64,000 nt of DNA from a virus. The notes under the pieces are model-generated. The model saw only the letters and a list, made by a program, of their open reading frames with translations, did not search any database and was not told the DNA's origin. The position numbers and the translations under genes were made by a program. Position 1 is the stretch's first letter; each line of letters starts with the position of its first letter. The stretch covers positions 1 to 64,000 of the IMG/VR virus record IMGVR_UViG_3300021379_000425, one strand, 5' to 3'. Positions 1 to 11,608 of this stretch are shown here, piece by piece.

Positions 1-1
1 C

Positions 2-3000
2 TTCCCTAATCCAGTCACTACACCACCAACTAAGGTATTCGTATGGAGTAAGGCTGGTGTACACTATTACAACAACTATAATGACAGTACTAGAAAGCAC
101 ATGACACAAGTTCACTTCAATGGACTTGTAGATGCAATTGACCGTACAAGACCAGCAGGCGCAGTAGGATGGGCTGGTGAAAGATACTCATACCTCAACT
201 CCTTGAGAGTAGGTACAGAAGGATATGGTGCTGGTCTAGGTGCATGGTATCCTAAACTTGGATTCAGCCCATACGGTTCTGCTTCTTCTGCTATGAGTAC
301 ATTTGGACACCTACCACACATTGCACCAATGAAATTAACACCCGAATCACTTGGTCCAATTACCAGCGTAGACGGTAATGATACACTCATTACAACACCT
401 TACGATTGGGATTATAACGATACTTCAACACCTAGCGACTGGGATTTGACATACGGTGCTTACAGTGCTACCGGTATAACATACGGTACAAAGCCGATTC
501 ACTTGCGTAGCACAGATAATGTCACACGCTCACTACATCATCCTCAAGGTGTATTCTCTCGTGGATTCGTAGTGGTATCATACGAAGGTGAACTTGCTCT
601 AATAGCAAAGCATGACCGTGATGGTATCAAGGCTACTGGTGATTGGTTGACTGTTGTATCTAAAACAGGTCAAAGCGTGTCTGCTAGTGATGCAATCAAG
701 TTCGCTGGAACAGCAAGATGGGATGAGCGCATACACAACGCATCAAGATTCGTAGCACCAGCAAACGCTGGTCCAAATGTAGAGGCGTTGATTGTAGATG
801 ATACGGCAACGCCTACTGCCGATGAACCATCTGCTTACACTCTACACGGTAGCGTGTCTGCCGATACAGAACTAGTCAATGCAGAACCATGTTTCGCTAA
901 GACTGGTGATATATTCTTTGATTTGGATGAAAGCCCTGCTAGTATATTCCTTACAAATGATGGCGATGTAGAGCGTAATTTAATTACAGATTATGACAAT
1001 AGTGACGATGTATGGCTTGGACATACCAACGCATACAAATTAGGAAAGCGTTCACCAGCAAAGAACTTCTCAGTAGAGCATGTTGTGTGGAAGCGTATGG
1101 ATGGCGGCAACCTATCCCTACCAGCAGTTAACGCTCGTGGTATGGGTAGTGTACCGTTCATAACAAGAGTAGATAGCGGTACAGCATACGAAACAGGAGA
1201 GAAAATATACGGTATAAACAGATTCTCCTTTGAGACAACTAATAGCGCAATGTTCCCTATCATACAGGCGCAGGAATTATCTCACCCGCAAATAGCAGTA
1301 CAACATCCTATTGAATTGAGAAATGTACTTTCTATACCAAATGAGGAAATGCAATTCGCTGAGGTGCAGGTAGAGGATGACACCGGACAAGTGCATGTAG
1401 TCGAAGGAGGTTCACCGTTTGGTACTATTGTAAGAACATTCAACGCTGTATCCGATAGGAGTGCAGAAGGTCTTGCACCAGCAGTTGCTAACAGTGGTGT
1501 AGAACCTAATATGAAGGTACGCCTACCCGACCCCGATACAATACCGGGTAACATCATTGTACGCAGTGGATTCGACAGACTGCAAGCATATCAAAACGAA
1601 ACAATGGGAAGTGGTGGAATGATTAGACCGCTATCCAAAGACAGTCTCAAACATTTGTTTACTGATGAAACAAAGGGTCCGAGGCTAGGTGGTACATTTG
1701 GTGATGTCAACTGGGAGCATATCAGTCAGTCTGCGACAGGTGAAGCATTCCCCGACCCTACATACAAAGGCTGGGAGACTGCTACTGGACATGCACCACT
1801 TGAGTCATCATATGAACTACATGACCGTACACTATTCTTCCATGTAACAAAGTGTGGTAACACTCACTCTCACCGCTATCCTAACTACTATACTCATTCC
1901 GCTGGTATAACCAGTAACGACTTGACTGCTGTATCATATAGCGGTACAACACTAACAGTCAATGCCAATGTAGACGCAAGCCTGTACGATGAGAGTATAC
2001 AAGACGGCAGGAAGTTCTTGCGTCTGTATGACCCAGTAACAGATAGAGGTGGAGTGGCATCATTCACAGGTATTAGTAGTGCTACATTCATTGGTTGTGT
2101 GGGTGACGCTGACTTTGCAGAATTAATTACTGGTGATATATCAACATTCAAGGTTGTACCGTCATACTACATACCTGCTGGAAGCACACGATTCTTCGCA
2201 TCTCGTAGAATGCGTGACCACGCAGAAGTCAGCGGTAACAGCCCCGACATGGCACATACGCAATACTTCGTAGGAGGTTCCACTGAACTCGGTAACGCAG
2301 TGTTCTCAAGACCGAAAATGACACCTATACCATTACCTCGTATGGGTCATCACTTTGTCAATCCAACAATGGCAGTATTACCGGGTCACTTCGCACACCC
2401 AGCATATCAAGGACTGTATAACAAGCACAGGGCAGTGCGCTCGGCTACTGTGCAATCCGATGAATATACAATCATGGAAGAACAATCACTTACCAACTTG
2501 AAGAGTGATATATCTACAACACTTAACAATGAAATAAATCCACTGGATGGAATAGCAGTTATAGGTTCTCTAAATGCGACCCCAAGTGGTCCGAGTGATA
2601 TACACGGTGGGGCATTTTCATTGATGTTTGAAACAAAGGTGAGATACGATGGATATGGAGTTCTAGCATCAGTTGGTACAGGTGGCACAAATAACTCAAA
2701 CGGTAAGCATATACTGAGCCTAGAGGCTAATGCTACTTACACCTTGAACAACCACTTCCCCGACCCTGCTGAGGTTGGTTCTTATCAAATCATTATACAA
2801 CCAAATATACACAAATCTCAGTTTATAGGATTCCATTCTAACGGTCCAGCAGACGACCTACCCGATGGTACAGTAGAAGAACTGACAAGTCAACAAGTAG
2901 GATTAGTTGTAGGAATAGAATATAGTACAGATAGAGTTGACCTAATATTGGCTGAGGCTACGATGGCTGACACGAGAGGTTGTGAGGTATTCATCAATGA

Positions 3001-6000
3001 ATTAATGATAGACCATGACCCCGATTATGGCAGTCAGTTTACTAACATACCACCATTAATGTTGTACAATCCGTTTGGTGTGCAAGGCACAGAATCTCCT
3101 GCATTTGTGAGGCGAAGTCTCCCGTATCAACCTCAAATGTTTATCGACACAACACCGGGTATGACTACCAATATACCGTGGTGGAGTATAGCACATAGAG
3201 TAGGACCGGATGATAGCACTGCGTATGGTTTTAGGCATTTGACACATCATAAATTTGACAATTATTACGAATTCATTAGAGCAAATGCGGGAAGTATCGC
3301 TACACAAATTACACTAGCGGGATACCCAAGTACCCATCCCGATGTATATTCAAGTATTTTAGAAAATGTTAGCGTGAATCCAGTATGTACTGTGGTGTCT
3401 GTGACTAGCACAACAATCACAGTTGACGATGCGAGAGGATTCCCTAAAGTTCCTTACTACGGTAATAAGTTAGTTTACACCGATGCGAATGGTGTAAGAC
3501 GCACTCACACTTACACTGAAAGAAGTGGATTAGATAGTACAAATATGAACAAACCTAAACTATTCACAATTACAGCAAAGAGTAGTTTTACATCCAATTT
3601 GACTGCTGGTACTAAATTAAGATTAACTCGTGCATATGACAGTAGACCTGCTTTCAATATACTCAAAGATTCACAAGCGAGTATGATTACTAGAGTGCTT
3701 CCACAAATGCTTCAAGGTAGTAGAGATACAAACAGTCTACACTTAGCAGACGCTTTCTTATGTCTATGGCATCCTAATTTGGGAAGACCTCATACATTCT
3801 ATTCCGATGCATCTCGTACATGGTTGAACCCACTTACAGACAGGGCAATCAATAAAGAACCATTGAATTCAATGCCGGAACATTTTGAGACTATACACTA
3901 CCACGATGCTACCTACTATGCAAGCACAGGTCCTTTCGGTATGGAAAGAAAAACACCTCACCCTGTCTACAAGAAAGCGGCTGATGTAGCATCAAACGCC
4001 GTACAATATTCTTCACATGTAGTAGCAACAAAGACAATTACAGTAAACAATGCGTTCTCTATTAGTGACGGTGATAATTTCATACTTGATGGTAGAGTAT
4101 ACACCGTTAACGGTGCGGTCAGCGGTGGAACAACAGTAGTTGTTGATGAAGTACTTCCTAATGAAATCACAAGTGGTTCTTACATATTACTTGGTGGTGA
4201 CGGTACTGCCGCTACAACCGCTACAATCATAGGTACATTTACTGGTGGTTTATCTTCTGCTGAATATACATTTCAAGGAAATGTAACTGGTGATGACGCA
4301 GGAACTAGATATACGATGTTGAACATGTTTTGGCCCTGTGGTTCTCGTGGTGGTCCACAAGTTAGTAGATTAGACGGATATGGTTTTGTTTCAACATCGT
4401 GGAGTAAACCTAGAAATTACAATGTAGGTCCTGTATGGCAAAATGATGGCGGTGGTATTGATATTGCAGGATATGACGGCGATGGCGATGCAGATGATAT
4501 AACAACAAGACCATTTGGATATAGATTTGGACTAAGACAACCGTATAATAAACCACAGTGGTCCACATATGGTGTCCGTTCATTTATCGAGAATGCTGTA
4601 ACATCTACTAACATATCATCCGGTTATCCTCATGGTCCACTGGTTCAGCAAGAAACTGAAACATGGACATACGCTGGTGGCTCAAGTATCTCTAATGCTA
4701 CTTATCCTAATACATATGTCGGTATTATGGAAAGGCAAACTAACTTTAGCGGTATGCTAGGTGTTGACAAGTACGAGTGGCAAGTAAGATACAGTGAAGG
4801 TACAAGATTCACAAGACCATTTGGTTGCCCTGTAAGAACTTTGAGAAACTTTTCAACTGTAATTAGAGATTGGTGGGGCGACCACAATGGTAAGAATCTT
4901 GATATGATAGAGGAAGCAATATCGTATTACCTAGTTGACTGGTGGGGTAACACTCGTGGTGAAGATGTACGCCGACACCCTGTAAGAGCGTTTGGTATAC
5001 GCCCGTCATGGGATGCAGGTGATGTTTACGAATACGATAGAGATAACAATAGAACACCGTATGCTAGATTATACAACAACGGTTCTCCTGTTGTTAACTT
5101 GAAGGGTCTAGTAGATTCATCGGGAGATGTTAGTGTATCTAGTGGATACAATGTACCAAGATTCGGCGGTAGACTGAATAATGCTAACAATAACAACACA
5201 GATATTTTGGTTGATGTATACATGCCTACCAACGCTCACCGTGTAGGTGATGATGGTAATGGTAGAGGATTGAGATACCCCACTGCATTTAACGAAGATA
5301 TACTGACCGACTTAGATAAACCCGTACACACTACTGGTGTTGTACTATCTCATCACACCGCAGAACCTATACTCAATGATGGATTCATTAGAGCAAGAAA
5401 CGATGTACTGCAAGCAGATGAAGTGCCTCGTGGTATCAGTGCAAGGCTCAATATAGCGGAAGATGGACTACTCAAGCCGGAGGCAGTAGTCAGTGACCGC
5501 ACAGAAACAATTAGCGGTGAATCGCCTCACAAGGATGCGGTTAGTAGAAGCAGTCCTCGTATCGGTCTTGATACAGAATATGTAGAGGGCGTAGATGAGA
5601 ATATGATTATCATTAACACGGAGGCACACAGCCTACACGCAGATAGAAATGTAGGTCAGCGTGTAATAATGCAGGGTGGATATACCGCAGGCTCACAGAC
5701 GCTAGGTAATTACGATTTGTCGGCTCTCACCTTTGCTGGTAATCCGCAAGGCGGTGCAATGAAGTTGTCACATACATCCAACTTCAACCCGCTCGGCGGT
5801 ACATACATCGCAGAAACCCGTAACTTCGTAGCACCTATCAGCGACAGTGGATGGGGTGCGTTCACCGATGCAACCTGTGATACAAACCACACATCGGGAT
5901 TAACCGATGGTTCATCAACAAGTGTTAGACACATCACAATGGATTCAACTGCAAAATTAGTAGTGGGTATGACAGTAACAGGAACAGGTATCCCTGCAAG

Positions 6001-6718
6001 TGCTACTGTCGCCGCTATCAACAACGCTACATGCTTTACCCTCAGTGCTGATACTACCGCTACCAACAGCAACACCACTCTTGTATTCGGTCCACCGACA
6101 GGAAAAGGAAGTAACCCATATGCTACATCTACATTCGACTCGTCAAGTAGTCAAACAAACATGGTTGACAAGAGCATCAAGTACATGATGCGCCCTGTCC
6201 GTATGTTAGACAAACACCATGTAGAGATGTTTAGACCTAACAACAATCTACACTCTTCTGCGCCTCAATATGGTAGCAACTACTTCTCCGCTACTGGTGG
6301 TGGAAAGTACGGTATGTATCTATACGAAGTGAGCAACGGTAGAGCAACAGGTGGTGGAACATATGTTAGAAGCACCAGCCCTAATGCTAATCCACCATAC
6401 GCCCCAGCGTATGTAATGAGTATCGGTAACAGTGTGACAGTGCCAATAAGCAAAGGTCCTACAATCATCGGTACGGCAGAAAGTAGTTTCGATAACACTG
6501 TGCTAGATAACGAAATCACTCGTGTTATCATGAGCGAAAATACACTACAACATCACAGGTCGGATGCACCTCGTAGGCGTAGTAGCGTACAAGGTGACAA
6601 AAAGCAAGATAGAATGGATTACAGTGTGAAGCCTAGATTCTCTCAAAGTCTACACCAAAAAGGACATAAAGGGGATGTAGACTACAATTCAAATGACCAT
6701 AGCGGTGATGCCTCATGA
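2..6718 (+). CDS. Giant virion structural protein (tail/baseplate/adhesin-like), 5'-truncated by the window edge
   Basis: The frame is open from base 2 to the ATG at 101 with no stop, so the protein is >2238 aa. It is rich in G/S/T/D/N and lies upstream of tail genes. No catalytic motif recognised. Confidence 0.65.
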   Translation, partial: FPNPVTTPPTKVFVWSKAGVHYYNNYNDSTRKHMTQVHFNGLVDAIDRTRPAGAVGWAGERYSYLNSLRVGTEGYGAGLGAWYPKLGFSPYGSASSAMSTFGHLPHIAPMKLTPESLGPITSVDGNDTLITTPYDWDYNDTSTPSDWDLTYGAYSATGITYGTKPIHLRSTDNVTRSLHHPQGVFSRGFVVVSYEGELALIAKHDRDGIKATGDWLTVVSKTGQSVSASDAIKFAGTARWDERIHNASRFVAPANAGPNVEALIVDDTATPTADEPSAYTLHGSVSADTELVNAEPCFAKTGDIFFDLDESPASIFLTNDGDVERNLITDYDNSDDVWLGHTNAYKLGKRSPAKNFSVEHVVWKRMDGGNLSLPAVNARGMGSVPFITRVDSGTAYETGEKIYGINRFSFETTNSAMFPIIQAQELSHPQIAVQHPIELRNVLSIPNEEMQFAEVQVEDDTGQVHVVEGGSPFGTIVRTFNAVSDRSAEGLAPAVANSGVEPNMKVRLPDPDTIPGNIIVRSGFDRLQAYQNETMGSGGMIRPLSKDSLKHLFTDETKGPRLGGTFGDVNWEHISQSATGEAFPDPTYKGWETATGHAPLESSYELHDRTLFFHVTKCGNTHSHRYPNYYTHSAGITSNDLTAVSYSGTTLTVNANVDASLYDESIQDGRKFLRLYDPVTDRGGVASFTGISSATFIGCVGDADFAELITGDISTFKVVPSYYIPAGSTRFFASRRMRDHAEVSGNSPDMAHTQYFVGGSTELGNAVFSRPKMTPIPLPRMGHHFVNPTMAVLPGHFAHPAYQGLYNKHRAVRSATVQSDEYTIMEEQSLTNLKSDISTTLNNEINPLDGIAVIGSLNATPSGPSDIHGGAFSLMFETKVRYDGYGVLASVGTGGTNNSNGKHILSLEANATYTLNNHFPDPAEVGSYQIIIQPNIHKSQFIGFHSNGPADDLPDGTVEELTSQQVGLVVGIEYSTDRVDLILAEATMADTRGCEVFINELMIDHDPDYGSQFTNIPPLMLYNPFGVQGTESPAFVRRSLPYQPQMFIDTTPGMTTNIPWWSIAHRVGPDDSTAYGFRHLTHHKFDNYYEFIRANAGSIATQITLAGYPSTHPDVYSSILENVSVNPVCTVVSVTSTTITVDDARGFPKVPYYGNKLVYTDANGVRRTHTYTERSGLDSTNMNKPKLFTITAKSSFTSNLTAGTKLRLTRAYDSRPAFNILKDSQASMITRVLPQMLQGSRDTNSLHLADAFLCLWHPNLGRPHTFYSDASRTWLNPLTDRAINKEPLNSMPEHFETIHYHDATYYASTGPFGMERKTPHPVYKKAADVASNAVQYSSHVVATKTITVNNAFSISDGDNFILDGRVYTVNGAVSGGTTVVVDEVLPNEITSGSYILLGGDGTAATTATIIGTFTGGLSSAEYTFQGNVTGDDAGTRYTMLNMFWPCGSRGGPQVSRLDGYGFVSTSWSKPRNYNVGPVWQNDGGGIDIAGYDGDGDADDITTRPFGYRFGLRQPYNKPQWSTYGVRSFIENAVTSTNISSGYPHGPLVQQETETWTYAGGSSISNATYPNTYVGIMERQTNFSGMLGVDKYEWQVRYSEGTRFTRPFGCPVRTLRNFSTVIRDWWGDHNGKNLDMIEEAISYYLVDWWGNTRGEDVRRHPVRAFGIRPSWDAGDVYEYDRDNNRTPYARLYNNGSPVVNLKGLVDSSGDVSVSSGYNVPRFGGRLNNANNNNTDILVDVYMPTNAHRVGDDGNGRGLRYPTAFNEDILTDLDKPVHTTGVVLSHHTAEPILNDGFIRARNDVLQADEVPRGISARLNIAEDGLLKPEAVVSDRTETISGESPHKDAVSRSSPRIGLDTEYVEGVDENMIIINTEAHSLHADRNVGQRVIMQGGYTAGSQTLGNYDLSALTFAGNPQGGAMKLSHTSNFNPLGGTYIAETRNFVAPISDSGWGAFTDATCDTNHTSGLTDGSSTSVRHITMDSTAKLVVGMTVTGTGIPASATVAAINNATCFTLSADTTATNSNTTLVFGPPTGKGSNPYATSTFDSSSSQTNMVDKSIKYMMRPVRMLDKHHVEMFRPNNNLHSSAPQYGSNYFSATGGGKYGMYLYEVSNGRATGGGTYVRSTSPNANPPYAPAYVMSIGNSVTVPISKGPTIIGTAESSFDNTVLDNEITRVIMSENTLQHHRSDAPRRRSSVQGDKKQDRMDYSVKPRFSQSLHQKGHKGDVDYNSNDHSGDAS

Positions 6719-7050
6719 TAGAATACGATTTTTGTGACTGTTGTACTCCAATGGAAAATGCTTTTGCTTTGATGAAAGCGAAGAGTAAAAAGCCATTCCA
6801 CGGCTACAATCCTAATAAGCATCACAAAAAAGGTGGACTAAGTGCTAAAGGTCGTGCGGCGGCAAAAAGAAAGACTGGTGCAAATCTAAAACCACCAGTC
6901 ACTACAAAACCAAGTAAACTCAAACCCGGCTCAAAGAAGGCAAAGAGGCGAAAGTCATTCTGCGCTCGTATGAGTGGGGTCAAAGGACCGACTTCAAAGA
7001 AGGGTAAATTAACTCCAAAGGGTGCGGCCTTGAAGCGATGGAATTGCTGA
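6715..7050 (+). CDS. Small very basic protein (marine-phage family with GGLSAKGR...RRKSFCARM...WNC); candidate internal DNA-binding virion protein carrying the PMENAFALMKA tag
   Basis: K/R-rich sequence; ATGA overlap with the upstream gene. Confidence 0.7.
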   Translation: MIEYDFCDCCTPMENAFALMKAKSKKPFHGYNPNKHHKKGGLSAKGRAAAKRKTGANLKPPVTTKPSKLKPGSKKAKRRKSFCARMSGVKGPTSKKGKLTPKGAALKRWNC

Positions 7051-7059
7051 GGCTAGGGT

Positions 7060-8472
7060 ATGTCTGTCATCAAAAACACACGCACAGGGCGATACAGCAC
7101 TGATGCTAATGAAGTGATGACACATGTACGCAAGCCAGTATTTGTAGATAACGCAGTGCATCATGCTAGACTAACACTACAAAAGACCACTAAACCAAAG
7201 GTTGTAATTGAGAACAAAAACTCACGCAATCTACAAGTCATGCCCGAAAGGACATATGAATTAGTTGAGGGAGAGTCTTCTATACAATTGACACACACTG
7301 AAAAGCCGGGTCACACCAGCCTCACCGCCCCTTTCTTTAACGATAATTTAATTTCCAACACTAACAAACCAATGCTAATTTACAATGCTGATGAATCATC
7401 ACAGCGTTTACTACCTCATACAATAGAAAGCAGTTCATTTGGTGTGCTTGCTAACTTGCGTAACTTGAAGGGTAAAACACTCAATGACATTGGATTTACG
7501 GGTAAAAGAGTTAGGCTCGGTCAACCAATTGATGTAGGATTGAGAACAACAGACTTGGCTATGAGATTGGCTGAGTCTATCGAAAGCGGTGCTACTAGCG
7601 TCAATATATCACGCTCACGCAATGTCATCACTGACAAGGCAAGAAAGCATAGTAACCGCTTCGTAGGTACTGACTTCAACAACACCAATTTGATGACCGC
7701 ATTGAGATTCTTGGGTAGACACGACAGTAGAATGTTACTGCTAGATAGATTCGGTAACTTACTGTATGTACCTATCACATTCAGTGAGGCTAACTATGTC
7801 ATAGACAAAGACTTCCGTGTAGGCGGTAAGAGTGAAAACCCAATCGAAAACATTGCTAACAAGGTCACTGTACAAGGTAATCCATTAGCACTCAATGACC
7901 TAGTTATAGTCACTGTCAGTGATGCAGAAGGTCAAACAACGGAAGTAAGAGAGGACTCTTCACCAGTTGTGGATAACACAGTTAGGACCACCAACTCAGC
8001 AAGAAGAGTAGCAAGACAGATACTCAAGGCTAGAGCGTTGACTAAAGGTTCTATCACTAGTGACGGTCACATAGGATTACTAACTTTGAGGCCGGGCATG
8101 TCTGTCAAGTACGATGGTGAGATGAAGGTAGTTACAGAAGTCAAACACATGCCTATGGAGAACCTTAGCAGTTTGACTATGCTAAACCTAGATACGGGCA
8201 TAGAAGGTGTTTTACAGGGCATTACAGAAGGTTCTACAATAGATGCTAACCAAACTAACCCTGCGACATATGTTCAAGTCGTAGAGCAAAATCTCGCACT
8301 ATTTGGAAAAGTTGAATTGCGTATCTCTACTATCATGACCGAGAGGGGAGTACACAACACCGCTTTCCTTATCGGAGGTGTTAAAGGCACTCACGATAGG
8401 GGCAAGATTGGTAAGAGTGGATTACCTATTGGTCTAAACAAGACTGCGGAGGAAGTGACATATGCCGATTAG
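7060..8472 (+). CDS. Putative tail hub/baseplate protein
   Basis: 470-aa ORF in the tail operon; LLLDRFGNLLYVP and LRPGMSVKY-like segments resemble phage hub proteins. Confidence 0.5.
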   Translation: MSVIKNTRTGRYSTDANEVMTHVRKPVFVDNAVHHARLTLQKTTKPKVVIENKNSRNLQVMPERTYELVEGESSIQLTHTEKPGHTSLTAPFFNDNLISNTNKPMLIYNADESSQRLLPHTIESSSFGVLANLRNLKGKTLNDIGFTGKRVRLGQPIDVGLRTTDLAMRLAESIESGATSVNISRSRNVITDKARKHSNRFVGTDFNNTNLMTALRFLGRHDSRMLLLDRFGNLLYVPITFSEANYVIDKDFRVGGKSENPIENIANKVTVQGNPLALNDLVIVTVSDAEGQTTEVREDSSPVVDNTVRTTNSARRVARQILKARALTKGSITSDGHIGLLTLRPGMSVKYDGEMKVVTEVKHMPMENLSSLTMLNLDTGIEGVLQGITEGSTIDANQTNPATYVQVVEQNLALFGKVELRISTIMTERGVHNTAFLIGGVKGTHDRGKIGKSGLPIGLNKTAEEVTYAD

Positions 8473-8806
8473 TGACTACATTAGGCGTTTGCTTATCGAA
8501 ACGATAGCCAACAATATCAACGAAGTCATACTGGGCTTTGATGGTACACCAGCCACTAGTGACGATGGTGCGGCAGGTAGACCAGCGGTGACACTTGTTC
8601 CTACTGTGACAATCGTGGATGATACATCGTTAATAGTCGAGGCAACATTACCCTACGATAATTCTTTTAACGAGAAAATAAAAGAAGTATATATTCAATT
8701 TAGAGATACGGCAGAATTTACACCAGTAGCAAGATATACTGTATCTCCTATAACAAAATCAAACTCCAATGAATTGAAAATTCAAATCGCAATTGAGGTG
8801 GCATAA
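8462..8806 (+). CDS. Putative baseplate/tail-fibre attachment protein
   Basis: 114 aa, coupled to neighbours; C-terminal ARYT..PITK...ELKIQIAIEV pattern resembles tail-collar proteins. Confidence 0.5.
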   Translation: MPISDYIRRLLIETIANNINEVILGFDGTPATSDDGAAGRPAVTLVPTVTIVDDTSLIVEATLPYDNSFNEKIKEVYIQFRDTAEFTPVARYTVSPITKSNSNELKIQIAIEVA

Positions 8807-10380
8807 TGACAGGTAATCCATTATCGGGGCATACGAAGGCAAACGCAGGGTCAATGACTGGCAGTGCAACATTTACAGACGGTCTAACTGACGGTGAACA
8901 CATTGTTAGTCCTACTCTTAGTAACCTGTTAGAAGGGGTTCACGGTAACGGTATCATACTTGAAGAAGATACTGCGAACACTGACAGTGACCGTAACACA
9001 CCGGAAGATTTGCCGGGTGTATGTGAACAAGTCACTAACTCATACACAGTGCGTATAGCAGGTGGACATGTAGTAATTGACGGTGTACTCTACGAGTTTG
9101 CGAATGGACCGGGTTCAAGTGCAGACATAGCGTTAACATCTTCTAGTGCGAACAAAAGAGCATCATATAGCGCACTCTCATCCGGTCAAGAAGTAGCGAT
9201 AGTAATCTATGCTTCTACTGACACAAGCAATGACTGTATCACATGGGAAATGGGTACACCAATCACTACTGCGACCAATGCATACCCTACCACTCCGTCT
9301 GCATTCTTGACCGAACCTAAGAGTTCTTTAGGCGTAAAACAAAGTGTAGTGCTTGCTGTTATGAGAGCAGTATATTCCGCTACTGGTGGAGACTTGAAAC
9401 TCAATTTAAGCGAAAGTAACGACAAGCGTGTGTTTGTTAGACCTGCACCGATGTATCTCACACCAGTAGTAAGCGGTGCGGTAGGTGGCACGACAGGTGT
9501 AACCAACATAGATGCACTACACTCCGGTCAAACTGGAAGTCTTAGCGGTAGTAGATTAGGTGCTATATGGCAATCATACAACGCTGATGGTGGTGCTAAT
9601 TTGTATTACTCAGCAAAAGACAATGGTGGCACAAGACATACTCATCTTCTCGGACCTACATATGTGAATGTATCATCCCCATCCTCTAACCAAACATTCA
9701 CTATGGGTAGTAACAGGATATTTGTTCTCACCCCTTCTACTACAATCAACCTAAACCCAAGCGGTACATTCCCGCAAGGATACATGGTGTTTGTTGATGT
9801 ACCAAGTGGAAGTACAGTAACATTCGATAGCAGTGGTGTCAACACTGCGATAGCATCGGGTACTGGTGCTGTGTTTGCTTATTCGGGTAGCGCATGGAAG
9901 AAGGTATTGTCTAGTGGCGGCGGTGGAGGTATAGCAAGCGTTGTTGCTGATACTACACCTCAATTGGGTGGTGATTTGGATGTCAATGGTAACAAGATAG
10001 TTTCTGCTAGTAGTGGGAATATAGAAATTGAACCGAATGGTACAGGCGATATTATCCTTGATGGTGATGTGAGTATAGACGCAGGACATACATTTAGGGC
10101 TACGACTTTACCAGTAGAGGACATAAACTCCGACCCCAACCCGTTAGTCTTAGACACACACGCTGGTAGGTATTTACTATGTAGTTCAAATATCACGCTT
10201 CCTCCAACTTCAACGCAAGGCGACCAATATTACATTCTAAATGACTCCGGTTCTAGTATTTCCATTCTAAGGAATGGTAACAATATCAACGGGGCGGCAA
10301 GTGATGTAACGCTTACTTCTTACAAAGGTGCTACATGCATCGCCATCGGTTCTAACAACTGGATAGTATTGGGTGTATGA
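8806..10380 (+). CDS. Tail fibre protein
   Basis: G/S/T-rich; DTTPQLGGDLDVNG motif typical of marine phage fibres; ITLPP...GNNINGAA C-terminal domain. Confidence 0.75.
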   Translation: MTGNPLSGHTKANAGSMTGSATFTDGLTDGEHIVSPTLSNLLEGVHGNGIILEEDTANTDSDRNTPEDLPGVCEQVTNSYTVRIAGGHVVIDGVLYEFANGPGSSADIALTSSSANKRASYSALSSGQEVAIVIYASTDTSNDCITWEMGTPITTATNAYPTTPSAFLTEPKSSLGVKQSVVLAVMRAVYSATGGDLKLNLSESNDKRVFVRPAPMYLTPVVSGAVGGTTGVTNIDALHSGQTGSLSGSRLGAIWQSYNADGGANLYYSAKDNGGTRHTHLLGPTYVNVSSPSSNQTFTMGSNRIFVLTPSTTINLNPSGTFPQGYMVFVDVPSGSTVTFDSSGVNTAIASGTGAVFAYSGSAWKKVLSSGGGGGIASVVADTTPQLGGDLDVNGNKIVSASSGNIEIEPNGTGDIILDGDVSIDAGHTFRATTLPVEDINSDPNPLVLDTHAGRYLLCSSNITLPPTSTQGDQYYILNDSGSSISILRNGNNINGAASDVTLTSYKGATCIAIGSNNWIVLGV

Positions 10381-11383
10381 TATGTTCGCTGGTAGTTGCG
10401 CTCAACAAAAAGTACTTTCAAATGCTTACGATTTAAATCACATTAAAACAAAATATGATTCGGGTAGTGAAGTACCGTATGGTAGAAACTTTGACTTCGT
10501 ATCAAATGATTCTGCGTGGATGACTGGTATGAGAGTTCATGGCTCTAACATGTATATTTCTAATAGAGGTAACAACAACCACTTGGATAGTAATAGTGTT
10601 AAGATGTTTAAGTTAGCCATAACTAGTTCTAATGGCGCACCCGACCAAACATTAGATTTAGGAACTTCCACTTTTACTTCTATTGATGGTTTTGATTTGG
10701 CTGATAATGGAACTAATGTTCTAATCGCCGCTTTTCATGGAACAGGTGGAGTTAGAAGCGGAACTTTAGCATCTGCCTTCGATTTTACTTCTACATTTAC
10801 TGCTACTGGTACTCTAAGACAATCGGGTGGTAGTGGTGTAAGAGCATGTTCTTGGAATAATGACGGTACTAAATACTACATGGGTTATGGTGTTGCTACG
10901 AATCAAAGTAAAATAAGACAATTTACCGCTGGTACTACATATCAAACTGCTAGTGGAGATACAGAAGGAACTGAACTTAATTTATCATTTAACAATGTAG
11001 CAGATATTACATTTAATCCCGATGGAACTAAACTGTATGTGGCTGAACACGATGGTTTTTTACATCAGTTCACATTATCATCTGCCTTTGACACTTCAAC
11101 TGCTGGTTCGCAAATAACAGTAGATGTTAGCAGTTTCTTTGGAAATGAAGGAACTAGCCCATCAAGACCTTCTACGGGTACAGGTACTACTATGTGGATT
11201 TGTGGTATGCACTGGAATGACGATGGAACTAAATTATACATTAACTCACTTTGGGGAATGACAAGTACTAGTGCAGTAGTAGGTTCACCCAATCCCTCTT
11301 CTGTTACTGGAAGCGATACGGGAGGAAGCGGTACTACAAGTAGAACAAACACATTCGCAGTTATTGAGTTTTCAGTCAACTGA
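10373..11383 (+). CDS. Beta-propeller protein, probable receptor-binding/adhesin
   Basis: Repeated blades WNNDGTKYY, FNPDGTKLYV, WNDDGTKLYI and TL(A/S)SAFD. Confidence 0.7.
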   Translation: MYDMFAGSCAQQKVLSNAYDLNHIKTKYDSGSEVPYGRNFDFVSNDSAWMTGMRVHGSNMYISNRGNNNHLDSNSVKMFKLAITSSNGAPDQTLDLGTSTFTSIDGFDLADNGTNVLIAAFHGTGGVRSGTLASAFDFTSTFTATGTLRQSGGSGVRACSWNNDGTKYYMGYGVATNQSKIRQFTAGTTYQTASGDTEGTELNLSFNNVADITFNPDGTKLYVAEHDGFLHQFTLSSAFDTSTAGSQITVDVSSFFGNEGTSPSRPSTGTGTTMWICGMHWNDDGTKLYINSLWGMTSTSAVVGSPNPSSVTGSDTGGSGTTSRTNTFAVIEFSVN

Positions 11384-11599
11384 TTTACGATACTTATCGG
11401 GTATGGGTATCTTACCCAATGCACGATAGTTACGCTTTCTAACTGACGGGTCTAACCAAATATGCTCGCAGTGCCTACAATACATCATGTAAATGCGCTC
11501 CTTTCTTTCATCAAGAAACTTACCGGAGAGCCTTCTAGGTAGATGCATGGTGAAACACTTGGGGCATTCCTGCCTCAACTTGTCAATTAGTTTACCCAT
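11372..11599 (-). CDS. Small zinc-ribbon protein
   Basis: CPKC...CRHC motifs; GAGGT RBS upstream. Confidence 0.6.
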   Translation of the reverse strand: MGKLIDKLRQECPKCFTMHLPRRLSGKFLDERKERIYMMYCRHCEHIWLDPSVRKRNYRALGKIPIPDKYRKSVD

Positions 11600-11608
11600 T
11601 AAATAACC

